Origin: Bacillota bacterium
GTDB taxonomy: Bacteria; Bacillota; Clostridia; Peptostreptococcales; Anaerovoracaceae
Direction: 5' to 3'
Length of the DNA stretch: 43,236 nucleotides
Assembly (NCBI GenBank): GCA_017437565.1
Contig: JAFRYQ010000060.1
Span: forward strand, 1-43,236
Below the pieces are notes generated by a model, which saw only the letters and a list, made by a program, of their open reading frames with translations, was not told the origin of the DNA and ran no database searches. The position numbers and the translations under genes were made by a program. Below are positions 18,407 through 28,513 of the stretch, piece after piece; the first letter of the stretch is position 1; each line of letters opens with the position of its first letter.

Positions 18407-18553
18407 CAACAGAAGAAGAAAATCGTGATGATTTTATGATTCCCTGGAAATCCCTGAGGTCTTACACGTCTCCCTCACAGTTCTTATGATTGGAATGCTT
18501 ATTATCATTCATTTTTCAACGTTTTATACAACTTAAGCTTCCTGTTTCCCCAT

Positions 18554-18594
18554 AAAAAACGCCCTCCTCCTGTTGATGACAGAGAAAGGCGTTT
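18554..18594 (-). terminator. Terminator after parB
   Basis: aaacgcc...ggcgttt imperfect stem with T run on the minus strand. Confidence 0.65.
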
Positions 18595-18600
18595 CGCTAT

Positions 18601-18616
18601 CGTTTCACGTGAAACA
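18601..18616. promoter_or_regulatory. parS site
   Basis: cGTTTCACGTGAAACA, 15/16 to TGTTNCACGTGAAACA, just downstream of parB. Confidence 0.9.
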
Positions 18617-18620
18617 TGCC

Positions 18621-19520
18621 TTACGGACGCGCAGTTTTCAAGGAATCGATGAGGCGGTTCAGTTCTTCGGCATCGCTGTAAGTGATCTCGATGGTACCGC
18701 CGCGCCCCTTGGCGTTGATGCTCACCTTGGCCCCGAATAAGGAAGTGAGGTCGCTTTCCACGCTGCGCACGTCAGCGTTTTTCACGCGTTTAACGGCTTT
18801 CCCGCGTTTCCGGGGCTGGCCTTTCGCTCTCTTTTCCGTTTCCCGCACGGAGAGTCCCTGCTTCAGGACTTCCTGACAGAGCGCGACCTGGCCGGCGGGA
18901 TCAGCAACGCCCAGGATGGCCCGGGCATGCCCGGCCGACAGTTCTCCGGAAGCCACACAGGCCCGCACCGTCTCCGGCAGGTTCAAGAGGCGCAGCGCGT
19001 TGGAAATATAGGCGCGCGATTTGCTGACACTCTTGGCCGCCTGCTCATGGGTCAGCCCGTAGGTGTCGATCATGACGCCCAGGCCTTCCGCTTCCTCGAT
19101 TGGATTCAGGTCCTCCCGCTGCATATTCTCGATGATGGCCACCAGCATATTCTCTTCATCCGTGAATTCGCGGATCAGACAGGGGATCTCCTTCAGTTTC
19201 GCCTCGCGGGCAGCGCGCCAGCGGCGCTCACCGGCGACCAGTTCATACCCGACTTTCGCCTTCCTTACGACCAGCGGCTGGATGATGCCATGCTCCAGAA
19301 TGGAGGCCGCCAGTTCACTGATTTTCTCCGGATCGAAGCTTTTTCGCGGCTGCCTCTTATTCGGTTTGATATCGTTGATATTGATATAAACGACAGCGTC
19401 GGGATTTTCTTTCCCGGCGCTTATCGTATCTTCCTGCTGTTCTCTTTCGATCGTGCTGCTGTCAGCGAACAAGGCGTCCAGGCCTCTGCCAAGACCGCCG
19501 CCTTTCGGACGTCTTGCCAT
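18621..19520 (-). CDS. parB: Chromosome partitioning protein ParB/Spo0J
   Basis: GLGRGLDAL, QPRK.F, VAGERRWRAA, ENMQREDLNPIEEA. Confidence 0.96.
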   Translation of the reverse strand: MARRPKGGGLGRGLDALFADSSTIEREQQEDTISAGKENPDAVVYININDIKPNKRQPRKSFDPEKISELAASILEHGIIQPLVVRKAKVGYELVAGERRWRAAREAKLKEIPCLIREFTDEENMLVAIIENMQREDLNPIEEAEGLGVMIDTYGLTHEQAAKSVSKSRAYISNALRLLNLPETVRACVASGELSAGHARAILGVADPAGQVALCQEVLKQGLSVRETEKRAKGQPRKRGKAVKRVKNADVRSVESDLTSLFGAKVSINAKGRGGTIEITYSDAEELNRLIDSLKTARP

Positions 19521-20293
19521 TATTGATTCTCCTCTCTGTCCAGGAACTCCTCGGCAAAATCACTGTAGGCGTGCGCGCCGCGGGATTTCGGGTCGTATTC
19601 CATGATTGGCATCCCATAGCTCGGTGCCTCTGCTAGGCGGATGTTCCGGGGGATCACGGTCGAATATACTTTATTTCCAAAATATCGTTTCACTTCCTGT
19701 ACGACCTGCGCGGAAAGATTGGTGCGCCCGTCGAACATGCTTAAGATAACACCCTCGATCTCCAGATGCGGGTTCAGATTCTTGCGGACCAGTTCGATCG
19801 TGCTCACCAGTTGGCTGACCCCTTCCAAAGCGTAGAATTCACACTGGATCGGGATCAGGACGCTTTCCACGGCCGTCAGCGAATTGATGGTGAGCAGTCC
19901 CAGGGAAGGCGGGCAGTCGATGAAGATATAATCGTAATTATCCCGCACCTTATCAATAGAACGGCGCAGCCGCTTTTCTCTTCCTTCCAGCTGGACCAGC
20001 TCGATCTCGGCTCCGGCCAGATCAACAGAAGCCGGGATGATATCCAGTCCTTTCGTATTCGTATGCAGGATGGCTTTCTGGGTGGCAAAATCGTCTTCAA
20101 TTAAAAGATCATAAACGGTATATTTCAGGTTTTTCTTGCGGATGCCGATGCCGCTGGTGGTGTTCCCCTGCGGATCGATATCCAGAATGAGGACCTTCTT
20201 GCCCATCAGTGCCAGACAGGCTCCCAGATTAATATTGGTCGTCGTCTTGCCGACGCCGCCTTTCTGATTAAAGATCGCGATTGCTTTTCCCAA
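19520..20293 (-). CDS. parA: ParA/Soj ATPase
   Basis: NQKGGVGKTT, DIDPQGN, IDCPPSLG, IPRNIRLAEAPS. Confidence 0.96.
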   Translation of the reverse strand: MGKAIAIFNQKGGVGKTTTNINLGACLALMGKKVLILDIDPQGNTTSGIGIRKKNLKYTVYDLLIEDDFATQKAILHTNTKGLDIIPASVDLAGAEIELVQLEGREKRLRRSIDKVRDNYDYIFIDCPPSLGLLTINSLTAVESVLIPIQCEFYALEGVSQLVSTIELVRKNLNPHLEIEGVILSMFDGRTNLSAQVVQEVKRYFGNKVYSTVIPRNIRLAEAPSYGMPIMEYDPKSRGAHAYSDFAEEFLDREENQ

Positions 20294-20334
20294 TTTCTAA
20301 TCCCCCTTTATCGTAAGACCCACATGACACCCTT

Positions 20335-20363
20335 ATTATATACCATCTTATTTATAAAAACAA
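20335..20363 (-). promoter_or_regulatory. Sigma-A promoter for parAB
   Basis: TTGTTT-17-TATAAT. Confidence 0.6.
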
Positions 20364-20378
20364 ATTAAAACGCGTTAA

Positions 20379-20394
20379 GGTTTCACGTGAAACA
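20379..20394. promoter_or_regulatory. parS site within a 40-bp palindrome
   Basis: gGTTTCACGTGAAACA flanked by aaaacgcgtta/taacgcgtttt. Confidence 0.9.
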
Positions 20395-20410
20395 CTAACG
20401 CGTTTTGTTG

Positions 20411-21118
20411 CTATTTCAATGGTTCCCGGCTCGGAGTCCCTGCTTTGCGCGGAAATTTTTTCGGGGTGAGCCCGGTTTTTTCGATCACGATCAGATGGTG
20501 TTGGTCGTCTCCGGTCCCACCGCCGAAGATGCCGCTGACTTTTCCGCCGAGCAGACGGATCGCCTTTTCCGCTTCTTTTACCTCTGCCTCGGGAGCGATG
20601 CCTTTATAAGCGATGAAGGCGCCGCCCGGTTTCACGAAGGGAAGGCAGTATTCCGTCAGCACCGGCAGCGCGGCGACCGCCCGCGAGACCGCCAGGTCGT
20701 ACTGCTCCCGGTGCGCCGGATCCCGGCCGAGGTCCTCAGCCCGGCCGTGGCTGGTCCTGACGTTATGACAGCCTGCCTCCCGCGCTGCTTCCTGCACGAT
20801 CTTCAGCCGTTTGGCCAGTGAATCGGCGAGAACGAACTCTTTCTCCGGAGAGGCGATGGCGAGGGGGACGCCCGGAAAGCCGCCGCCGGTCCCGACGTCG
20901 ATCACTTTCCCGGCCTTCTGATATTCCTTTAATCCCAGGATCGCCAGGGAATCCACGTAATGCAGTTTTTCAAAACTTTCCGGATCCCGGATGGCTGTGA
21001 GATTGATATGCTCGTTATAGGCGAGAATGATCTCCATGTAACGCTGATAGGAGAGGAGTTTCTCATCTGTTCCGGGGATGCCGGCGGCGGTGAGCGCGTT
21101 TTGTAAGAGGCTTAACAT
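20411..21118 (-). CDS. rsmG: 16S rRNA m7G methyltransferase RsmG/GidB
   Basis: [31 protein letters not shown]. Confidence 0.96.
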   Translation of the reverse strand: MLSLLQNALTAAGIPGTDEKLLSYQRYMEIILAYNEHINLTAIRDPESFEKLHYVDSLAILGLKEYQKAGKVIDVGTGGGFPGVPLAIASPEKEFVLADSLAKRLKIVQEAAREAGCHNVRTSHGRAEDLGRDPAHREQYDLAVSRAVAALPVLTEYCLPFVKPGGAFIAYKGIAPEAEVKEAEKAIRLLGGKVSGIFGGGTGDDQHHLIVIEKTGLTPKKFPRKAGTPSREPLK

Positions 21119-23061
21119 GTTTCCTCCTTCTCCGGAGACGGCTTTCCGGACGCTTCGCCGCGATCCGCCAAACCCTTGGATTTTCCTGCCCGGCGCTGCT
21201 TTTCCAGATAGACGGTCAGCACGTTGATATCAGCCGGGGAAACGCCGGAGATCCTTGATGCCTGGCCTAAAGAAGCGGGGCGGATCATCTCCAGCTTCTG
21301 CCGCGCCTCAATGCGCAGGCCGCTGACATCGTTATAGTCTATTTCCGTTGGAATTCTGCGGTTTTCCAGCTTTTTCTGTTTTTCCACCTGCTGGCGCTGT
21401 TTCTCGATATATCCCTCGTATTTCACGCTGACTTCGATCTCGGAGACCGCGTGGAAGGGGAGCTCCGGACGCCCCGGATCGACCGGCGCCAGATCGGCAT
21501 AGGAGAGCTCCGGACGCCGCAGGAGCTCCTGCAGGGTGACCCCAGACTTCACCGGGGTGCTGCCTTTTTCTTCCAGAAGCGGATTGACCGCCTCTGGGGA
21601 GAGCCGGGTCTGGCCGAGGCGCGCGAGTTCGGCAGCGACCAATTCTTTCTTGGCCAGGAACTTCCGATAGCGCTCTTCCGTGACCAGTCCGAGGGCATAT
21701 CCCTTCTCCGTCAAACGCTCGTCGGCGTTGTCCTGCCGGAGAAGCAGTCTAAATTCGGCTCTGCTCGTCATTATTCTGTAAGGTTCATTGGTACCTTTGG
21801 TCACGAGATCGTCGATGAGAACGCCAATATAAGCCTCGTCTCTTCCGAGCACGAAGGGCTCTTTTCCATTTATTGCCAAATGCGCGTTGATGCCGGCCAT
21901 CAAACCCTGGGCAGCGGCTTCCTCATAACCGGAGCTGCCATTGAATTGTCCGGCGGCAAAGAGGCCTTTCACCGCCCTCACTTCCAGATTCGGTTTCAGC
22001 TGCAGCGGGTCGATACAGTCGTATTCGATGGCATAAGCCGGCCGGGTGATGCGGATGTGTTCCAGCCCCGGGATGGTATGGTAGAAATCGCGCTGCACGT
22101 CTTCCGGGAGGGAAGAGGACATCCCCTGGATATACATCTCCTCGGTATCCAGTCCTTCCGGCTCCACGAAGAGCTGGTGGCGCAGCTTATCCGGGAAGCG
22201 GTGCACCTTATCCTCAATAGAGGGGCAGTAGCGGGGACCGATGCCTTCGATCTGGCCGCCGAAAAGAGCCGACCGTGAGAAATTCGCCCGGATCACGTCG
22301 TGCGTGGCTTCGTTGGTATAAGTCAGCCAACAGGAGACCTGTTCGCGCTGCAGTTCATCGTTCAGGAAGGAGAAGGGGGTGATGACCGGGTCGCCCTTCT
22401 GCTCGACCATCTTGTCGTAATCGAAAGTCGTGGCTAAAGCCCGTGCCGGCGTGCCCGTCTTAAAGCGCCGCAGGGAAAGCCCATAGTCCGCCAGGTGGGA
22501 GGAGAGTTCGTTCGCCGGCGCCAGCCCGTTAGGACCGCTGGCGAAGACGCCATCACCGATAAAGATCTTGCCCCGCAGGAAGGTGCCGGTACAGATGATG
22601 ACCGCCCGCGCCCGGTATTCCGCGTGGATGCGCGTGATCACACCTTTACAGACGCCGTCTTCCACGATCAGGTCGGTCACTTCATCCTGCTTGAGATCCA
22701 GGTTTTCCTGGCGCTCCAGGACCCGCTTCATCTCGGCGTGATAGCGGGCTTTGTCCGCCTGCGCGCGCAAAGAGTGGACCGCCGGCCCCTTGCCGGTGTT
22801 CAGCATGCGGCTCTGGATGAAGGTCTTATCGATATTCACGCCCATCTCCCCGCCGAGCGCGTCGATCTCGCGCACCAGGTGGCCCTTGCCGGTGCCGCCA
22901 ATGGAGGGATTGCAGGGCATCATAGCCACCGCTTCCAGATTGGTGGAGAAGATGAGCGTGCGGCTGCCCAGACGGGCTGCGGCAAGCGCGGCTTCGCAGC
23001 CGGCGTGTCCGGCACCGATGACGATGACGTCATATTCTCCCATGAGATAGGTTTTCATCAT
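21112..23061 (-). CDS. mnmG: tRNA modification enzyme MnmG/GidA
   Basis: [51 protein letters not shown]. Confidence 0.98.
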   Translation of the reverse strand: MMKTYLMGEYDVIVIGAGHAGCEAALAAARLGSRTLIFSTNLEAVAMMPCNPSIGGTGKGHLVREIDALGGEMGVNIDKTFIQSRMLNTGKGPAVHSLRAQADKARYHAEMKRVLERQENLDLKQDEVTDLIVEDGVCKGVITRIHAEYRARAVIICTGTFLRGKIFIGDGVFASGPNGLAPANELSSHLADYGLSLRRFKTGTPARALATTFDYDKMVEQKGDPVITPFSFLNDELQREQVSCWLTYTNEATHDVIRANFSRSALFGGQIEGIGPRYCPSIEDKVHRFPDKLRHQLFVEPEGLDTEEMYIQGMSSSLPEDVQRDFYHTIPGLEHIRITRPAYAIEYDCIDPLQLKPNLEVRAVKGLFAAGQFNGSSGYEEAAAQGLMAGINAHLAINGKEPFVLGRDEAYIGVLIDDLVTKGTNEPYRIMTSRAEFRLLLRQDNADERLTEKGYALGLVTEERYRKFLAKKELVAAELARLGQTRLSPEAVNPLLEEKGSTPVKSGVTLQELLRRPELSYADLAPVDPGRPELPFHAVSEIEVSVKYEGYIEKQRQQVEKQKKLENRRIPTEIDYNDVSGLRIEARQKLEMIRPASLGQASRISGVSPADINVLTVYLEKQRRAGKSKGLADRGEASGKPSPEKEETC

Positions 23062-23088
23062 GAATGCTTCTCTACTCCCGCTCTGTTC

Positions 23089-24357
23089 TTAGTCCCTTAA
23101 ACAACCAATAGGAACCACCATTACTTCATCTTTTCTCTTATACGCAAACGGTGCCACACCGCATAGGATCATCATAAACGCAGGTTCATTCATTTTTTCG
23201 CGGTCAATTCTTTCTCTGAGTTTTCGCAGGTTTGCTGCTCCCTCTTCAATCAGTTTGTCCCCGCCTAGTTTAATTTCAATCAAACCATACCGCCCGTTAC
23301 GCAGATGAACGACCGCGTCACACTCAAGCCCACTTTTGTCCCGGTAGTGATATACGTTGCCATCGCTCGCTTCTGCATAAACTCTAAGGTCCCGCACACA
23401 CATGTTTTCAAACAATAAACCCATTGTTGATAAATCGTTCATCAAATCTTGCGGCCCAATACCTAACGCGGCAGTTGCAATGGAGGGGTCAACGAAATAT
23501 CTCGTATCTGAAGAACGAATTGCAGTTTTCGATCTCAGATTTGGGTTCCAGGCAGGTGAATCTTCAATTACAAAGATCTTTTTTAATGCTGTAATATAGG
23601 ATCTCAGTGTGTTCTCGCTAAAAGGATCTCTTTCATCTGTTTTAACGTCTCTTAAAATGGAAGCAATACCCGCTTCTGAGGCAACGCTTCTTGCGTAAGC
23701 CCGCATAAGCCGTTTTGCTCTCCCCGGATCCCGTGATACCTGATCCACTCTCGATATATCCGATTCTACAACTGCATTATAATAATCGATTGCCTGGGCC
23801 AAGGCTACTTTTTTCGATTTGCCGACTGCCTTAGGCCATCCGCCTCTGCAAATTAAGAACGCAATATCTTCCAAATGATGATCGTCTACTCCACTAATAG
23901 CATGACCTTCCCGAAATAAATCCCCAAGAGATACGCTTCCATTCGAATCTCCGGATTCAAACAAAGTCATTGGCCGCATAAGCAGAGGAGTGATCCTTCC
24001 CGTTCCCGTGTGCGATATCTGAGAATCATCCTGCGGTACCGCGGAACCTGTCAGGATAAACTGTCCGAATTCATCTCTTTGATCGACTTCAAACCGTACC
24101 GCATCCCATAATTTCGGGGCAAGTTGCCATTCATCCAATAAATGGGGAACCTCACCTTGAAGCAAAGCGGAAGGATTTACATCTGCCATTTCAAGATACT
24201 GTTTCTTTTTTGAGGGGTCCTCCATATAAACCACTGACTTTGCCATATGCACAGCTGTCGTGGTTTTACCGCACCACTTCGCCCCCTTGATCAAAACAGC
24301 TCCTTTTGCTTCTAGTTTTTCCGCTAAAAGCCGATCACAAATTCTTTTGTAATACAT
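23089..24357 (-). CDS. AAA_14 + DUF4143 ATP-binding protein
   Basis: Walker A GAKWCGKTT, Walker B LLDEWQ, ILTGS, RGGWP, C-term ECDAVV...LIEIK (PD-(D/E)XK-like); visibly AT-richer than flanks. Confidence 0.88.
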   Translation of the reverse strand: MYYKRICDRLLAEKLEAKGAVLIKGAKWCGKTTTAVHMAKSVVYMEDPSKKKQYLEMADVNPSALLQGEVPHLLDEWQLAPKLWDAVRFEVDQRDEFGQFILTGSAVPQDDSQISHTGTGRITPLLMRPMTLFESGDSNGSVSLGDLFREGHAISGVDDHHLEDIAFLICRGGWPKAVGKSKKVALAQAIDYYNAVVESDISRVDQVSRDPGRAKRLMRAYARSVASEAGIASILRDVKTDERDPFSENTLRSYITALKKIFVIEDSPAWNPNLRSKTAIRSSDTRYFVDPSIATAALGIGPQDLMNDLSTMGLLFENMCVRDLRVYAEASDGNVYHYRDKSGLECDAVVHLRNGRYGLIEIKLGGDKLIEEGAANLRKLRERIDREKMNEPAFMMILCGVAPFAYKRKDEVMVVPIGCLRD

Positions 24358-24396
24358 ACCTTCCGTAAGCCTTCCTCTATTTGGAGTTTCCCAAAA

Positions 24397-24425
24397 ATTA
24401 TACCTTCTACTGGTAGATTTAGCAA
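24397..24425 (-). promoter_or_regulatory. Sigma-A promoter of the AAA_14 gene
   Basis: TTGCTA-17-TATAAT; spacer holds the palindrome tctac-tg-gtaga. Confidence 0.7.
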
Positions 24426-24431
24426 GTTATA

Positions 24432-24492
24432 ATTGATGGATTTGGCTTTCTTTTATTGATGACTTTGGCGCACATTTATTGATGACTTTGGC
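24432..24492. repeat. Three direct repeats with 23-bp period
   Basis: attgatggatttggc (24432), attgatgactttggc (24455), attgatgactttggc (24478). Confidence 0.9.
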
Positions 24493-24506
24493 ATATTTAA
24501 CAGTGG

Positions 24507-25946
24507 CTATTTTCCCAGACAGAAGCGGCTGAAGATTTCCTTTATGATATCGTCCTGTACGGAATCGCCGGTGATAAAACCCAGCGCTTCGTAAGCGCGG
24601 CGAACGTCGATCTCCAGGAATTCCAGGGCCAGGCCGGCTTCCACGCCTTTTTCCGCATCCAGTAAAGCTTCCCGCGCTTCCGCCAGCATGGCCCGGTGCC
24701 GGGCGTTGGCGGTGATGAGATTGCCGGCGCCGCGGGAAGAGGGGAGGGCCGGGTTTTCCCCACCGGCTCCGGATAAGTCGAAGATCGCGTCTTCACAGGC
24801 TTTGATGCCTTCCGGGGTCAGGACGGACGTGTAGAGGACACGCGCGCAGCCGGCTGCCTCCGGGAAGACGCGCAAAAGATCTTCTTGCGAAACAGCTTCT
24901 GCCTGATCGGCTTTATTGAACAGGCAAAGCGTTTTCGCGGCCGGAACAGAAGCGAGCAGCTGCCTCTCTTCCGCGATCAAAGCGGCCTGGCCGGCTTCCG
25001 CCGCGCCACCTGCGGCTTCCGCGGCATCGATCATCACGATGACGAGGTCGGCCTCCGCCAGCGACTTGCGGGACCGGTCGATGCCGAGCCGTTCCACTTC
25101 GTCTTCGGTCTCGCGGATGCCTGCCGTATCGGTGAGCAGGACCGGAATGCCGCGGAGATTGGCGAATTCCTCGATCGTATCCAGGGTCGTTCCTGGGATA
25201 GCGGTGACGATGGCCCGGTTTTCCCGGAGAAGCCCGTTCATCAAGGAAGACTTGCCGGCATTGGGACGGCCGACGATAGCCACCTTCAGCCCGTCACGCA
25301 CGATGCGGCCTGCTTCCGCTGATGCCAACAGGCCTTCCACGTCGGAACGCACGCCGTGTAGCGCCGTGAGCAGATGCTGATAGGTCAGTTCCTCAATGTC
25401 TTCGTCCGGATAATCGATGTTGACACCGATCTCCACGAGCGCGTCGGTCAGACTCTGGCGCAGTTTCCGGATCTCTTCCGAAAAGCGCCCCTGCAACTGA
25501 TCCAAAGCGGCGCGGGAGGCGGCTTCTGTCTTGGCGCCGATCACGTCCATCACCGCTTCCGCCTGCGAAAGATCGAGGCGGCCGTTCAGAAAAGCGCGCT
25601 TGGTGAACTCACCGGGTTCCGCCAGGCGCACGCCCTGCTTCAGAAGCAGGGAAAGGGTGCGGGAGAGGGGAATCGCGCCGCCGTGACAGTCGATCTCCGC
25701 CACGTCCTCGCAGGTATAGGTCTTCGGCGCGGGAAAATAGACCGCGAGCACTTCGTCGATCAGTTCCCCCGTCTCCGGGTCACAGACCTTCCCGTAGGTG
25801 AGCTCCCGCTCTTTTATATGTCCCTTCGCCGGCCGGAAAACGGTAAGCAAAGCGTTTCTTGCGTCCGGACCGCTGATGCGGATGATGCCGATGCCGCTTT
25901 CTCCCGGCGGGGTGGCGATCGCGCAAATGGTGTCTTCGTTCATCAT
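24507..25946 (-). CDS. mnmE: tRNA modification GTPase MnmE/TrmE
   Basis: DTICAIATPPG, GEFTKRAFLNG, GRPNAGKSS, DTAG, C-term FCLGK; start moved to ATG 25946/25943. Confidence 0.97.
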   Translation of the reverse strand: MMNEDTICAIATPPGESGIGIIRISGPDARNALLTVFRPAKGHIKERELTYGKVCDPETGELIDEVLAVYFPAPKTYTCEDVAEIDCHGGAIPLSRTLSLLLKQGVRLAEPGEFTKRAFLNGRLDLSQAEAVMDVIGAKTEAASRAALDQLQGRFSEEIRKLRQSLTDALVEIGVNIDYPDEDIEELTYQHLLTALHGVRSDVEGLLASAEAGRIVRDGLKVAIVGRPNAGKSSLMNGLLRENRAIVTAIPGTTLDTIEEFANLRGIPVLLTDTAGIRETEDEVERLGIDRSRKSLAEADLVIVMIDAAEAAGGAAEAGQAALIAEERQLLASVPAAKTLCLFNKADQAEAVSQEDLLRVFPEAAGCARVLYTSVLTPEGIKACEDAIFDLSGAGGENPALPSSRGAGNLITANARHRAMLAEAREALLDAEKGVEAGLALEFLEIDVRRAYEALGFITGDSVQDDIIKEIFSRFCLGK

Positions 25947-25986
25947 GTTTCTTCCTATTAAGATAGAGATCCTTGCGTCAACCGAC

Positions 25987-26019
25987 AAGAAAGGCTGCCA
26001 AAAGCAGGCAGCCTCTTTG
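25987..26019 (-). terminator. Terminator-like hairpin after jag
   Basis: aggctgcc/ggcagcct stem followed by ttctt on the minus strand. Confidence 0.55.
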
Positions 26020-26033
26020 ATCCTTTTCTATGA

Positions 26034-26951
26034 TCAGCTCAGTTCGATGATGATTCTCCGATACGGATCCTGACCTTCGCTTCTGGTCGTGACGCGCGGA
26101 TCCTTCTGCAGCGTCGCGTGAATGACCTTCCGCTCATAAGGATTCATCGGTTCCAGCTTGTAGCTGCGCCGCGACTTCACGACTTTATCCGCCAGTCTCA
26201 GCGCCAGCTTTTCCAGGGAACGTTCCCGTTTAGCCCGGTAATTTTCGGCATCGATGACCACGCGGACGTATTCGCCGCCTTCTTTATTGACGACGAGGCT
26301 GGCCAGATACTGGATGGCGTCGAGCGTGGAACCGAATTTACCGATCACGCTGCCGGTATCCTTTCCGTCCAGATAGAGGAAAATGTCTTTTCCGTCGGTT
26401 TTCGCGCTGACCTGGATGTCGAGTCCCATTTCCTTGACCAGGTTCTCGACGAAGGTGATGCTGACGTGTTCGGTAAGCGGAGTTAAGGCTGCCTCATCGA
26501 CGATCGGCATGATCGGATCGACTTCGCTGGCCAGTTTTTCATAATCGCGCTTCACGTTCCGTTCGCCGCGGTCTTTACGGTCCCGGCGCTTCCGGTTATT
26601 ATCCTTGCGGTTTCTTTCTCTTTTCCGTTCTCTCGGTTCCCGTTCACCGGTTTCGGCTTTCGGAGCCTCTTTCTTGGCTGCCGCCATCTCGACCTGCTTC
26701 TTAACGACGTCGGGTCTTGAGATTTCAGCTTCGATTTCTTTTTCGATTTCCTGCTTGATTTCTTCCGGTTTCTTGGGCGCTTCTTTTTTCGTTACCCGGA
26801 CGAGAGCCAGTTTGGATCCGATTCCGAAAAAGCCGCGCGACGGTTCGTCGAGGACTTCTACGTCCACCTCGTCGCGGGAAACACCCAGATCTTCCAGACA
26901 CAAAGCGACGGCTTCGTCAACGCTGCGTCCGTATTTTTCCGTTACATTCAT
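26034..26951 (-). CDS. jag: Jag/KhpB/EloR RNA-binding protein
   Basis: Jag_N (GRSVDEAV, GFFGIG), KH (VIGKFGSTLDAIQYL), R3H (ERKVIH). Confidence 0.95.
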   Translation of the reverse strand: MNVTEKYGRSVDEAVALCLEDLGVSRDEVDVEVLDEPSRGFFGIGSKLALVRVTKKEAPKKPEEIKQEIEKEIEAEISRPDVVKKQVEMAAAKKEAPKAETGEREPRERKRERNRKDNNRKRRDRKDRGERNVKRDYEKLASEVDPIMPIVDEAALTPLTEHVSITFVENLVKEMGLDIQVSAKTDGKDIFLYLDGKDTGSVIGKFGSTLDAIQYLASLVVNKEGGEYVRVVIDAENYRAKRERSLEKLALRLADKVVKSRRSYKLEPMNPYERKVIHATLQKDPRVTTRSEGQDPYRRIIIELS

Positions 26952-26972
26952 GTAATTATCCTTTCGCTGCCA

Positions 26973-27680
26973 TCAGGCAGTTTTTACTTTCTTCTTTGCC
27001 TTCTTCATGCTTTCCGCGTCTTTCATCTGCTGGCGGAGCTTGTTGAAGCGCAGGTTAAAGAATACCTGGGTCACCTGGCTGATGAACCAGTAGATGGCGA
27101 GGCCGGCCGGATAGGTTCTGGCTAACCAGACGATCATGATCGGGAAAACGAATTTCATCGCTTTACCGCCCATCGGGTTACCTGCCTGCTGCGGCATGCC
27201 CATCTGCGACATCGAGAAGGAAAGATAGGTAGCGATACCCGAGAGGATCGGCAGGATCCAAAGATCCGGCTGGCTCAGGTCTTTCATCCAAAGGAACGAT
27301 TCGTGAACCGCGAAGACCATCTTGTCGTCCGTGCTGATGTAGTTAAGCGGATAACGAAGCAGAATGAATAAGCCGGAAATGACGATCAGCTGAATGATCA
27401 TCGGCAGACATCCGGCCATCGGCGATCCGTTCTCTTTATAGAGTTCGGAAAGCTTCAGGTTCATCGTTTCTTTATCATTCGCGTATTTTTTCTGAATCTC
27501 CTGCTGCTTCTTCTGCAGTTCGGCCATATTGGAAGTCGACGTGATCTGCTTCTTATAGATCGGATACATCGCGAGACGGATCACCAGCGAAAGCAGGATG
27601 ATCGAGATCCCGTAATTTCCAACAAGGCTATAGAGAAGTTCCAGCAGTAATCCAAAGGGTCTGGCTAAAAAAGCTCCCAT
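26973..27680 (-). CDS. yidC: Membrane protein insertase YidC
   Basis: NYGISIILL..VIR, GCLPMIIQ, FLWMKDLSQPD, PAGLAIYW. Confidence 0.95.
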   Translation of the reverse strand: MGAFLARPFGLLLELLYSLVGNYGISIILLSLVIRLAMYPIYKKQITSTSNMAELQKKQQEIQKKYANDKETMNLKLSELYKENGSPMAGCLPMIIQLIVISGLFILLRYPLNYISTDDKMVFAVHESFLWMKDLSQPDLWILPILSGIATYLSFSMSQMGMPQQAGNPMGGKAMKFVFPIMIVWLARTYPAGLAIYWFISQVTQVFFNLRFNKLRQQMKDAESMKKAKKKVKTA

Positions 27681-27692
27681 TCATTTCCTCCC

Positions 27693-27923
27693 TTATACCA
27701 AAGGATCGTAGCCTCCCGGATTGCCCGGGTGGCACCTCAGGATTCTTCTGATTCCTAAATAGCTGCCCTTAAGGACACCATATTTCTGTAATGCCTGAAT
27801 AAAATAGGTCGAGCAGGTGGGGTAGAACCGGCATTTGCTCGGAAATAGAGGTGAAATAAATATCTGATAAAAGCGGATCGCCAGGATCATGATCGTACTT
27901 ATAATTCGATTTATATATTTCAT
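27693..27923 (-). CDS. yidD: Membrane protein insertion efficiency factor
   Basis: [20 protein letters not shown]. Confidence 0.96.
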   Translation of the reverse strand: MKYINRIISTIMILAIRFYQIFISPLFPSKCRFYPTCSTYFIQALQKYGVLKGSYLGIRRILRCHPGNPGGYDPLV

Positions 27924-28259
27924 CTATCTTAAAACGCCTATCCTTTTCAAGGCTTGTCGCATGGACCGCGTTACGTCCATGCATTTGACCCCGTTTATCG
28001 TGTTCCGCGCGATAAAAACGAGATCATGTCCGGTTCCGCAATCGCCCGCTATCTCTCTAAAGCTTTCCTTCATAAGGCGCCTGGCTCTGTTGCGGCGGAC
28101 ACTGTTGCCGACCTTCTTACTGGCAAGAAAGCCGGTACGGTTAAAGTCAAGACCGTTGGCACGACAAAAGACGACAACGTATTTATCGCCGGCCGATTTT
28201 CCTTTCTTATAAAGACGGTCAAAATCGGCTTTTTTCCGAAGCACATTGGGTCTTAACAT
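27924..28259 (-). CDS. rnpA: Ribonuclease P protein component
   Basis: SKKVGNSVRRNRARR RNR motif; synteny with rpmH and yidD. Confidence 0.96.
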   Translation of the reverse strand: MLRPNVLRKKADFDRLYKKGKSAGDKYVVVFCRANGLDFNRTGFLASKKVGNSVRRNRARRLMKESFREIAGDCGTGHDLVFIARNTINGVKCMDVTRSMRQALKRIGVLR

Positions 28260-28265
28260 TGGAAA

Positions 28266-28400
28266 TTAAGCAGAGAGTCTCTTTCTGCCCTTTGCTCTTC
28301 TTCTCTTGAGAACGTTTCTGCCGTTGGCGGTGCTCATTCTCTTACGGAAGCCGTGTTCTTTCATTCTCTGTCTGTTCTTCGGCTGGAATGTCTGTTTCAT
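28266..28400 (-). CDS. rpmH: 50S ribosomal protein L34
   Basis: [22 protein letters not shown]...[12 protein letters not shown] (44 aa); RBS AGGAGG. Confidence 0.98.
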   Translation of the reverse strand: MKQTFQPKNRQRMKEHGFRKRMSTANGRNVLKRRRAKGRKRLSA

Positions 28401-28469
28401 TTCAATTACCTCCTGTCCCTGATACTTTATAAGCGGCGCCATCTGAATTTCAATGGCACACACTCTGAT

Positions 28470-28498
28470 ATTTTATAATGATATTAAGTTACTGTCAA
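28470..28498 (-). promoter_or_regulatory. rpmH promoter
   Basis: TTGACA-17-TAAAAT. Confidence 0.8.
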
Positions 28499-28513
28499 GC
28501 TTGGTTTTTAAAC

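Noticed and set aside
24432-24492. Possible mini-CRISPR array
   Set aside because: 15-bp repeats with 8-bp spacers and no cas genes; kept only as a direct-repeat array.
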